From: Azolla caroliniana
Lineage: Eukaryota; Plantae; Polypodiophyta
Length of the DNA: 64,000 bases
Assembly: GCA_043228905.1 (NCBI GenBank)
Contig: JBHGNT010000020.1
Location: forward strand, 7,812,001-7,876,000
Direction of reading: 5' to 3'
Shown here: positions 52,601-64,000 of the stretch, piece after piece
Layout: each line of letters starts with the position of its first letter
Numbering within the stretch: the first letter of the stretch is position 1
The notes under the pieces: generated by a model
What the model saw: the letters and a program-made list of their open reading frames with translations, nothing else
Databases searched by the model: none
What the model was told of the DNA's origin: nothing
Program-made: the position numbers and the translations under genes

Positions 52601-54518
52601 TCTTTCTTCTTCCTCCGTCGAGAGCATTATTATCTCTCTGTGTCTGTCTCTATCCCTGTCTCTGCTCTTCTCCTTAACCCTAACAGGTGCTTAATGCGTC
52701 TTTTCTTCTTTTCTCTAACCCTAACCCTAGCCATAGGGTTTCTTTCTTTTTCTCTATTATTCTTCAGTTCACTGGTGGTTTGGGGTTGTTATTTTTCTGT
52801 GTCTCTTTTTCTCAACTTGTCTCCCGTGTTTTTCTTATGCAGATGCGATCGGAGGGATCACGCATCACCAGCTCTGTATCTAAAGGCGGAGATGAAACTA
52901 ACAAGTATGTTCGCTCTCTCTCTCTCTCTCTGTATAATGATTTTTCTAGGGTTTCAGATGTTAGGGCTGCAGGTATCAGGGTTTCATCTTAGCATGTGAT
53001 CAGAACATCCATGGATTTTATTTGAATGTGGTACATACTTGTGGTAGTTTCATTTCCCATTTTATTGTCGATTGTTAGAGGTTGTGGATTGGGGTCTCAG
53101 TTTACCATCTGATTGCAGGATCCGTGGAATTTCTACTAGCTTCAGTAGAGTCAGATTGTTGTAGTTCTTGTCCTTTATCTATTGTTAGAATGGGCTCGGA
53201 TTGGATTCTGGTAATTTCGGTTTCAGTTTGTCCATGGAATTCTATTAGCTGGATTTTTTTCCCCTTTCCACCATGAGTAGAATGAGAAGTGTAAATTGTG
53301 GATTGGAATCATGTAGTTTTTTCTCCTTACCTTAGAATGAGATTGATCTGGGGTCAAATTGCTGTAGTTTTTCCTTTGTCATTTCTGAGCAAGTAGCATC
53401 AGATTTATGTGTTGTTGAGATTTTGGATTACACTCAACTACCAACTACCGGATGATCCATGGTGTTTCAGTTTCATTTGCATCAAATTGTTTAGCTCTTT
53501 CCTTTCTTTTCATAAATAACGAGAATTAGATTTATAGCTATGGCGAGACTGTTTAATGGAGTTCCAGATATTATTTGTTCACATTTATCATCTATCAGAT
53601 TGTCCATAGGGTTAAATTAGTTTTTCTTTTCCTTTCCAATAAATGCAATGATATTTATGGTTTGTTGAAATTGTGGATTGGATTCACGTGCTTGCAGGTA
53701 AGACTTAAGGATTAAGATATAATATTACATTACAGATGATGCCGCCGGATTAAGGTATGGTAACATCTTTCTATATCTTAGAAGATGCAAACACCAGAGT
53801 AATACTGTAAGAAACAATGAAAAGTCAAATGACTTCTTGAATGGAGATATAAAAGTCCTTGCAATAATATGATTTAGTCTTTCCACTCAAATTCGATTTA
53901 TGTTTGAAACATCCTTAAGGATAATGCTGGGTGAAATCTATGTAGATAAGTTCCTGAAATCAGTTGTTTTTTCTAAAGAAGTTTTAAACATCTTCAAATA
54001 ATTGACGGATTCCTTGAATAGGCAGAGGGCGCAGAAAAATATGGATTTCTATATAGAGATACAGAATTGCATGAAATTTAAGGGACCGCTGAATGCATAC
54101 CTATGGAATAATTGATTGTTGTTTGAAATACAGAGATCCCTTGTAATATAATGAAATAACCAGAGTTTGTATTTCTTTTTTATTTTGAATCAGTTCTAAA
54201 CATCCTTAAAAAATAATGCTGGTTGAAATTATTGTTTGCCTTTTCACCTGAAAATTTTCTAATTTTTTCAATCTGTCATAGGATATGCTCTGTTTTTCAG
54301 AATAACAAGGTTTGTCACTGTTGGTCAGGTAAATTCGGATTTTTCAGTGTAAGTAGTAGTTTATAGTCTTTCTTCATGATTAGGTTAATGGTAGGTTGTA
54401 ACTACTGGATGGGTTATTTCAGAGGCTCTTTGATTTTGTTAGAGAGGAAACAGTTTCTTGATTAAGTTATCAAAGAACTGGAGTACCTCTTGTGTTAACA
54501 TCAAGAGCGAGGAAAGAA

Positions 54519-56873
54519 ATGAACTCAAATTTACCTTTGAGAAGCTGGACTTCTCTCAATCCAAATGCAAGAGAGTTTGTTCCCACAGCTTTGAAACCAA
54601 TAACTAGCAGTGCTGGTTCTGGAGACGAGACAGAAAACCTAGGTACTTCAGACAATGGGAAGGCGCCTTCAGAGAAAGTTGAATCTTCTGATTCATGTGC
54701 TTCAGATGAAGAGAGCAGGAGATATTGGAATGCTCAACTACCTGATGACATACTGTCGCTAGACACTGATTTCTATGCTCAGGGTGGAGAAACTTCTGAA
54801 TCAATATCATCTCAACTGAATGCTGCTGCTTATGATATGTCTGACTTCATGGGCATTTCAAATGACCCAAATCCAGATGGCCAACCATGGGAGAGAACAA
54901 TGCTTAGTGGAAGAAGGCATATGCATAATCCTTTGCATATTCCAGAGTATGACAATCCTCATCCAGATAGAAGCACTGCTAGCAACGCAAGACGAATCTG
55001 GGACAATGAGCAAGCATTATCTTCCCCCCAGGTTCCTATTAGCTGGAATGAACAGCTTTTCAATCATGGAAATAGTGATTCTACACAAATGGCTAGCCTG
55101 AGAGAGAGTCGACATGGATCCAAAAATGCTCTTGGCTTACTCACCAATGAATTTCCCAATGTACCTTCTCAGAACTTGCTTGACATTTATCAAGCTAATG
55201 GTGATGTTTCTGGAATGTTGACCCAGCTTAAGGTTTGGTTGGTTCATTTGTTTTATCAAGCAGGTCTTACATTCTAGATAGTCTGAATTTCCATATTTTT
55301 TCAGCTGCAAGAGGATGGGAGTTCTTGGCAAAGTATGCCATCTGCTTCTAATTTTGTCTCCAATCAGAGGCTATCAAATATCTCAGCTCCTAGACCTAAT
55401 TTTGGCAGTGGGTTATCGCAAAATTATGTTGAAGAGAATGCTCAACACCCTACAGGTGATGTTTTAAAAGTTTCTCTTCTGAGATACCAATTTTTTTGCA
55501 TTCCTGGTAGCATTGTGTTAAATTGGCCTAATGTTTTTTGGCAGAATTTGTGAGACTGATGAGAAAGAACAAAATGCCTTGGCCACATGAGAGGAGTGGA
55601 GCTGGTCCTGAAAGTCATCTTAGACCTTCCAACCTGCCACCCTTGAGTGCATATAGTGATCTATTTGGTGGGGATTTTGTAACATCTGAGCAAGAGAGAA
55701 TGAATTTGACCAACATTCGACAGAATTATCAAGTTTCACCTCAAAACTTGATGGAGAGCGATGATGCACTGGGTGTGTATAAGTCTTTGTTACAAAAGCG
55801 GGGATATCCTCCTGTTTACACCTCAAATTTGAGTGTATCTTTGGGTGATTTGGATTGTGTGCAGTGAATGTATTAACTGAGCTGCGAGATGAAGCTCGGG
55901 ATCATGCATGCATCCGAAATGCGTACTTTGAGCAGGTGAAACTTCATGAATGTAAGCTTTGTGTAGTTTGGGTTGAAGATGAGATACTTAAAACTCTCAA
56001 TGATGTTATACGTGCATGCTTTGTCACATTATTGTACAGGTTATATTTTTGACATGTCTTTTGTCTGATAAGGTGTAGTATAAAGGTTATATGCCTATTT
56101 ACTAAATGTTCTCTGAACCTTGCTTCCAATTTGCCAATGGTCAACACTGGGGTTCCAAGCGTTCTTCACGACTAAGATGTGCATGTATTTCACATATAAG
56201 ACCTCCTTACCCATATAAAAAGAATGTGTGATATTTACATTCACAGGCCCGACAAGCATATTTTGTGGGTGACAAGATCCTGGCAAGAGAAGCAAGTGCA
56301 AAAGGACAGTTGCATAATCGATTAATGAAAGTTGCACAAAGCAAAGCTGCGGAGTTGGTCTTTCAACAGAGGTCAGTGATACCAAACATGCTTCTATGGT
56401 TTCCTTTGTCAAACATATATGTATTGTTGCAATTTCCTTTGTCAAATGTATGCCGATGATTGTGTGTCAAGTGCATGTCCATGGTTTCCTTCATCAAATA
56501 TGTTCGTGGTTTCCTTTGCATTTAACAAAATCAATAGTATTCTCTCATAGATGGTAGGTAAACTTTGTGCAGAAATATATCATCTGCTCAAGGTCCGAGC
56601 ATTGGGCCAGGACAAACACAATTATTGGATTTGCGTGGTTTACATGTCAACGAGGCTGTGACATTGCTGAAACGTGAGCTTTCAGGCCTAAGGTCAATGG
56701 CGCGTTCTTCGAGACAGAGGCAGCAGGTGTTTATAAGCGTGGGCACAGGTCATGCCAAAGGTTCTCGAACACCTTCTCGGTTGCTAACTGCAGTTAAGAG
56801 GCATTTGGTGGAGAATGAGCTTCTTAGCATTACTGAACCTCAACCTGGGATTGTTAGGGTTGTGGTGAGTTGA
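54519..56873 (+). CDS. CID7: Polyadenylate-binding protein-interacting protein 7-like (PAM2 + CUE-like + DUF1771 + Smr), about 529 aa; exons 54519-55232, 55305-55455, 55545-55772, 55865-55935, 56247-56371, 56573-56873
   Basis: PAM2 LNPNAREFVP; ELRDEARDHACIRNAYFEQARQAY; Smr LDLRGLHVNEA...VGTGH...EPQPGIVRV; five GT-AG introns in consistent phase give 1590 nt with no internal stop; in-frame stop upstream of the ATG. Confidence 0.93.
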
Positions 56874-58929
56874 ATGGTCCGGTAAGATCCTTGTTTCTGA
56901 AATGGGAAAACTTCTTGTGAGAATCTTGGATATATTCCATGTGAAACTTTTCCTCTTTAGAGTACCGAGGAGGATGTAAGTAGAGAAAAAAGCTGAAAAA
57001 ATAACCTTGTATATGCTTTGTAACTTTATGATGTAGGAGCCCGAGTTTGCATGATAATGGCCACTTGGAAATTAGAAGTGAAAACTTAAAAGCCATGTAA
57101 TTTCTGTATTGTGCCACAGCCACAGCCAGAAACCAGGCTATCCCCTTTAGATAATGTTTTGTTGAAGATTCATCATAAAAGCCGAATGTAGAGTCTCCGC
57201 AAGTTTTTGTTTCGGCCAAATCTGTATAAGAATGCGGCCAGATAGGTTAGGTAGCAAACCCACAAATTACCTACCCCATCACATTTGTGACATTTTTTTT
57301 CCAAGGATTGTTGAATGATATAGCATATGATTCTTTTGAACTGTGAACATGAAAACACATGCCTCCCTTATGCACCGATAAGGGTGCCCCAATTTGCTAT
57401 ACAAAGTCATGTATACTGTGTTAATACATTTGTAACGGTGAGACTTTTGCTACCTCTGTTCAATTGAAATATTTATCCTTCTCACAAACCCCATCCAAAC
57501 GGAGAGTCTTTTAATTACTGATGTCGTGTTGAATGAGTACGTGTATCATGGTAGTAATAAATAATTGATCTAGCCTAGCATATGATCATTTCTATGTTCA
57601 AAGTTGTATTATGGGTTTTCATCTCTCAAAGTGATCATTCTCTATTTCATGTCATGTATGTGGTCTTGCTATGTCACTTTTTTTTCAAAGATGCGCTCAC
57701 CATTTGTTAGAATTCTCTATTTGAGTCATAACACGTAATAATCTCAATGAGGTCCTTGAATATTGGTCCTGAATTTGTGGAAGTGCTAGTTGGTCTTATA
57801 GAGTGCTTCTTTACACTGAAACAATTAACCAAGGAGACATTGTGTTGATTTGGACACACGTCTTCTTGGTTCTCAAAGTAATCTATGTGGTTTTTTTAGG
57901 TTTTCTTTGCTAATGTGTGACACAAGGTTGACCATTTTATTTGATAGAGAAAATTCATTTAGCTATTATGTGATGCAAATAATAAAGTCATTTATGCAAA
58001 TGATCAAGTAAAGCAAGTTATCCATTTGAAGCTTGGGGAAAATCATTATCTATCAATGCTAGCCAAAATAGATGAGAACTAATTGCTACTAATTCATTCA
58101 ACCAATGTGAAGAAGTTCTAATGTTTTCTTGGTATCAAATAAATGATATCATGATCCATGGTACCTTTTTCCTACTCAAATTTTGCATCATACTAACTAG
58201 GTTATGTGTGCCTTTTACTTTAATCGAGTTTCAAGAGATCCCTATATTGGGGATGTAGGTTGAGGATTCTAGGGAATACAAATAACATCTGCATTTTTAC
58301 TATGATCATTTTTCAAAAGATCCCTGGATGGGGATTTAGGCAGAGGGTTTGAGGGTATACGAATTAACATTTGGATGCTTCCAAAATTCAGTGAGCGTTC
58401 AAAATAACTAGTGAATTACAACACACAAATAAGCATGCAAGGTTTCTATTTTTCCCTAGTTGGTTTCATTACCATTAAGGTACTCCAAAGTTAGCGGGGT
58501 TCCAAAATGGACAATCCATGTTGAATCACCACTTGGTGGGTCCATCAATCCACTTTACAAGTTAACCCATCCACCTATTTATACAACACACATCATTTTC
58601 TTATAGTGAGGAGATTGCATTAGTTTTCATTACAACACTGCCAATGGGATACATGGCATATACTTCTACCAATGTGTGAATCTAATTCATCTTCGATGAA
58701 AAGCTAGTAGTGGACCTACTAACTCTTGTGCAAACTTTGGAACACTGAACAATATCCTTATTTTATTCCTAATCATCTTCAGGGTTGCGAGAAAGCAGGT
58801 CAACATCAAAGTTGCTACTCATGTGGTCAATCCTCAAGGTGATCAAACCCAAGGTTGTTCTTTTACATGCATAACCATAACTGATTTGAGATAGTTTTTT
58901 CGTAGTTTTCCCTAATCTAATGATGAGTA

Positions 58930-60290
58930 TGTGTGGGGTTAATTCTAAGAGGAAGGAGGGTATGAATAGTAATATTTAATTCTATGGTGTGAGATAACTA
59001 TTAAGTGTGTTATCACTAGACGACTTCACATAAAAGTAGTCAAATGTGAACACACTAGGGGCCTAGGGTTTTTGCTTATATAAGAAGGATAGTTACCTTC
59101 TTAGCAAGGAGGCTTGACTTCTGTTTAGACTATAACAATGTGGCTATAACTTTTGTTAGCTATGAACGTGTGATCCTTGTAGGACCCAAGGTATTGTCGG
59201 GCTAAAAGTCCTACTCTACCCAAGCCTTGTATTCCTAGTGTGAACTCACTACCTCAGTTAGGGCTTGACTATAAAAGCACGTAACTGAGTCTTGTAAAAT
59301 AGTTCTATCGGGATTTGTAACATGATTTTCTTTTGAGCTATAACTATGTAACTGTCATCTTCTCTCTCCTTGCACACTCTTCACCAAAGGTTGAACAATG
59401 CACCATCAGACTCTCACTTCTTATCAGTTTTCTTGGTTCACACAAAAGATCCTAGTTACTTCTGCAACCAACTGGTTCATCATCTCATACTAACCGGCTA
59501 AAGTACACATAACGCTAAACAAAGTGGTATCAGAGTGATCTTGGAATCCAACAACAACAACCATACAAGGAGAAGAACAAATCGGCTGAAGAAAATGACT
59601 AGGTCAAGATTTCACTTCCATAGAATGATGACCTCGACATCCAGCACCAACTGCGAGATCAAAAGATTCAACGACAAGAACTTTGCCCTCTGGAAGGAGA
59701 TGATGCACGATGTACTGATCATTTGGCGTCAAGTTGAAGCAATTCGGCACAACACGAAGACGGCATTAATGACAGTAGAATAATGGCGCTCTCTAGACGA
59801 AATTGCCACATTCACCATTCAGATGCACTTTGCCGAAAACGTCTATTTCAACATGGCCAAAGAGACATTGGCATACGCCGTGTGGGAGAAACTCAAGGCC
59901 ATGTATGAAAAGAAATCATCTTCATCGAAACTCATATTGATCCGACAATTGTTCAATATGAAGATGACGGAATTGAAGCCGAAAACCTCACATCAACACC
60001 TTTAACTGGGCAAAATTTCGAAGAACAAGTCAAAGCCTTTGTGCTTCTCTCGAGCTTGCCAATGAGTTGGGGAGTATTTTGCACCACATTCACGAATAGG
60101 TCCTTGAAGTTGGCGTTGGACGAAGCTATCAGAACGATATTGTCGGAAGATATCCGACGAATATCAATGGGACTCTCCATTGACGACAATGTAGAAGCCC
60201 ATATTTTGGCTAATACGTCAACATTGCCAAATCCCGATCAGGGGAAGTCCTCTTGCTAGAAGGATCAACGACCAAAGAGATCCTCTATAG
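58930..60290 (+). mobile_element. Ty1/copia remnant: 5' LTR, PBS and degenerate gag
   Basis: LTR about 58930-59521; PBS tggtatcagag 59525-59535; gag RFNDKNFALWK, WEKLKAMYEK, LLSSLPMSW. Confidence 0.82.
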
Positions 60291-60659
60291 CGCATATGCC
60301 AAATCACTAGAATCGGCAAAAAACATGTTTGCATTTAGAAATGTAAGGATCATGCACAATTGGAAGGATAAGGAATATTCCGTTGATTTTAGTGCTTTTT
60401 TAACCATCTCACAAAACATGTGATACCTGTATCACATATGCTCAAAGACTCAATGGAAAAGCTTAAAATCTCACCATTTCATAAAACTGTAAATTCACAA
60501 AATTAGGCACATTTCACAAATTTACGCGGCCCATGTTTTTTATCGTAAAATTAACAACTCATGTTTTTGATAACAAACAATATTCACAAGGAGCGATTGA
60601 TTTAAAAAAAATTAAGCTTTACATTGTTCGTGTTCTTACAAGCTTATATTGTTGACCGT

Positions 60660-62608
60660 TCATGCCAAAAATACAATTAAGAGTTATTCCTCTCATAAGA
60701 ATCACTACTAGCCTAGTATACAATGGTGACTCATCCTCCTCATCAGATGTATCAATTAAAGCATTGTCTTCATCAAAAACCAAATGTTGTGAGTCCGAAT
60801 CATGTGTAAAAGATCTGGTCCGCCTTGTAGACTTGGTAATTTCTCTTTTATAATGTCTATTGTTGACTTCCTTAAACGCCCAACTTTTGTCAGTGTAAAG
60901 TTGTACACAATGATATCCACCTCTTGCATGTCAAGTGTCGATGTGTTACGAATATTTCTTTTATGCTTTCTATTTCCTCTTGACGTTGGGCATTCCATCC
61001 TCTCCAATGTATACTTGCATGTAAATGCATTTTTGCTTTTGGTGGTGTACCAATGCACCTTTGTAGACTTTATCTGATTTTGGTTTTCATGCATCACCAT
61101 GTCCAATACTTTAATAATCCAGAATTGTCCAATACTTTACCAATCCAGAATTGGTACCCTAGGTCATTGTCATTTGTAGCTGTGGAAACTAACATCCCAA
61201 CCTTCATTTCTTGCAAGTTTCCTTGCCAACAGGCTTCTGTTGCTTTTGTCATCCTCGGTGCCACATAAATGTCTCTCTGTTGTTGATGGAGCAAGTTGTC
61301 AAGATCCGCATTAGGTGCATGAGGTGGCGTTTGAGAATTAGGCGAGTGTTGTATGGACCATGTAAATGGTATCTGCAAGGACCAAATACCAATGAAGGAA
61401 TTATCAATAATTCCTTGTTCATCACTAAAGAACATGTCCCACCATGAGGTATCTTGTGGTCCAACATACTTCTTTGCATTATCAATGTGCTTCCTTTTGT
61501 CCTGTAAGGCTTGCATCCAGAAGTTCCTTTGTTCATCTACCAACTCACCGTGCATTTCTTTTTTAGTCTCAATCGGCATTTGTTTTACACCACAAACGGT
61601 AGTAGATGGCATATGAAGCAAGAACTAGCAACCGCCTTCTGGCTCCCATTGTGGGGAATATGAATATTGCTTTGCATGCAATCACATACAACCACATATA
61701 TCATTTTTCTTTATCAAGAATACGTTATTGAAGCTAATATTGTTTAATTGGGCTAACACTTTCATATTCCCCTCCCCGCCATTAATTATGTATCTCTGAA
61801 AGTCGTATATCTCCTTTAAGTGGAACACATTCAGACGTGGCATATATGCATCACAAATGACGTCAAATAACTTTGGTAATGTGAAACCATCATATCAAGA
61901 CAACTGTCTAGAGAATGTACTGAATATTTGATCAATATGGTCATGTGTGTGACCAACTAGAAGGAAGCTAACTTTAACTTTCCTAAACACTCCATGTTTC
62001 ACCAACATACTCAAATATCCGAAGACAGTTGAATTCTTGTTCTCCCTAGCAGTGTTGTCCAATTGAATGTAGAGAACAAGGGGCAACGGGTGCCCTTAAT
62101 TAATCAAAAACCTTTGAATCACAGTAACTGTTAGGTTGGGGTCGTTGTGGACATTTAGGTAAGTAATGAAGACGTGAGGTTTAATTGTCCCATTATAAGC
62201 AAAACAACCCATCAAGTGCATTTGAACGAGACATTCACCGTTGACATATTTCGGAAGCCTCCTAAGGTGAGGCAAACACGTCTTCTTCTGGTCCATACCA
62301 TAAATAATTAGACACACATATTGTTCGGGTTTCTTCAACGACTTTTCTCTGTGGTGCATCGCGTTTTTCCGCTCCAGTGCTTGCGCTTCTCGATGGTCCT
62401 GTAACAACTTTTTATTGATGTCCTTCTCCTTTGTTGTTTTGGCACCTTTAGCCATGCTCTTTGGGTTTGCACAAATAGAACAATATCCCATGCGTACTTT
62501 TTGAGGTATAACAACGTTAGTGAATCATGTTGACCACAATCTTGTGAACTGACTGTAGGTGACATATTTATCACTTGACGTTAACATATCTGATCTGTAG
62601 GAATCATA
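60660..62608 (-). mobile_element. Degenerate DDE/D transposase, Sola-like; N-terminal part cut by a gypsy insertion
   Basis: CSIC, LIIYGMDQKKTCLP, LYIQLDNTARENKN, SFLLVGHTHDHIDQIFS; frameshifted; superfamily assignment is from memory of motifs, TIRs not found. Confidence 0.65.
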
Positions 62609-64000
62609 TGTTATTCGCTAGCCGGACAAGGCCTAACACAAGGTGTCACGGAGACACTTCACCAAAGGGTGATTACGGCATAGGATTAAGATTCAACGAT
62701 TACACCGACTTACGTAGGTTACACGATTAGAATGCTTTGGTTAATTACACGCGTAAGATATAACATTAATTACAGAACGGAAATCAAGACAGAAGTATAA
62801 ACATCATAAGCTCTATTAATTATCCGCTCTCATTACAATGGGGTCCGGGCCTTTAAATAGGTTTCCGGCCCGTAGTACAAAACGGTGCCTCTCGCACCTA
62901 TTCGGGCTCCGTCCGGATCTGGAACGGCATACCGTTTCCAGTCCGTCCGTCCACACTATGCTCATTTACAACCATATCTAATTAATTCCTTCACTCCGTA
63001 TTTTGGACTCCTTGCCGGCCGGTAACACATGGCACGCCCGTGGGACAGTACCTTGTACGTCGAACCCTTCTCGGCCCCTTCATTGTTCACCCAAATTGTC
63101 CAAATTACTTTGTTCAAGAATTTCCGCTTGTTCTTCCGGTTGTGGTTGTTGCGGCTGTGCTTGCTGCTGCTGCTGTGGTTGCGGTTGGGACTGAGGTTGC
63201 TCCGGCTGCTCTGCTTGCTACTGCTGCTCCGTTTGTTTCGCTGACTCCGGCTGCTCCGTTTGTCTCTCTGGCTCCGGCATCTCCGTTTGACTGCTTCCGG
63301 TCCGGTCTCCTTCCAGTAACGGTTCCTCATCACTGAGGTTGACCGTAACTGGTTCTCGTTCTTTCTCTCCCCGGATCCGGGACCTCTCGTAGCTTTCAAA
63401 CTGGATCTGCGCCTCCAGCCTGTCGTCGTCCAGCTGAGCTACAAGTTGCCGGACTTGCTCTAGTTGGTCCTCTGCCAAGGCTTGAAAGTCTTCGGCAAGC
63501 TCATCTCTTATGCCGGTGAAGTCTTCGGAAGTCAGCATATAGCAATCATCTCCCTCCTTCCGCCGGTTCTCTACGTCAGCCCGGAGCAATTGGAGTTCCG
63601 CCGCGTTCGTGGCCCACTTGGTCCACCATTTGACAGAACCGTTGTCAATCAAGCTCTTGGTCTGGTTCAACCAGGCCCGCATTATATCTTGGATGCGACT
63701 TGCTCCCATTTGTGCTCTGCTTTCCACCACTTGTCGCTCCTCCTTCAACTGCTTGATGAGATTTGCCGTATCCTCCGCCTGCTCTCTGTATCGCGTCAGC
63801 TGCCCTTGATATGTCGTTTGCAGCCTCTGCAGTACCTCCGCCGCTCTTTCTTTTTCCGCCTGCTGTTGCCTGAGGAGCTCTGTCCGGACCTTCTCCGCCT
63901 CTTCCAACCGTCTTCTGTTTTCCGCTTGTTCCTTGGCGAATGCGTAAGATATAACATTAATTACAGAACGGAAATCAAGACAGAAGTATAAACATCATAA
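62609..64000 (+). mobile_element. Ty3/gypsy-type LTR element 5' end (tRNA-Arg-type PBS), runs off the window
   Basis: LTR 62609-63027 (tgtta...taaca); PBS tggcacgcccgtgggac 63030-63046, like that at 6783; no pol in the window, so the class is inferred from the PBS. Confidence 0.75.
63081..63907 (-). pseudogene. TE-borne coiled-coil, E/Q/P-rich ORF antisense to the PBS
   Basis: 229-aa ORF 63218-63907; its TAG lies in a CAG-rich run and the frame continues about 45 codons to a TGA near 63081; 5' end cut by a rearrangement at 63941. Confidence 0.6.

Noticed and set aside
52586-52999. 137-aa hydrophobic, membrane-like ORF
   Set aside because: Translation of a CT/T-rich leader and intron; compositional artefact
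58380-58920. Possible transposase fragment downstream of the gene
   Set aside because: No continuous frame or diagnostic motif could be read

Overview
Eukaryotic, TE-dense plant DNA. It is probably from a non-seed plant such as a fern (inferred from the PLS-PPR style, a Tcn1-type chromovirus and a Sola-like transposase). Most of the window is a nested stack of decayed retroelements: six Ty1/copia copies (one structurally complete with a CATGG TSD), three solo LTRs with 5-bp TSDs, four Ty3/gypsy elements (two chromoviruses, two with a tRNA-Arg-type PBS), a 1.77-kb non-autonomous LTR element and three LINE remnants. There is also a hAT-type MITE, a degenerate satellite, a Sola-like transposase relic and a PPR pseudogene. 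The only intact host gene is a 6-coding-exon CID7-like gene (PAM2...Smr, about 529 aa, + strand, 54519-56873). The most notable observations are: (1) a tRNA-like A-box/B-box cassette antisense at the U3 edge of LTRs from two different elements; (2) a non-coding LTR element that appears to self-prime Tf1-style; (3) copia Pol reading about 140 codons past a relic PPT into a conserved tail; and (4) a gypsy element with an antisense coiled-coil ORF abutting its PBS. All calls are by-eye readings; no database search was run.
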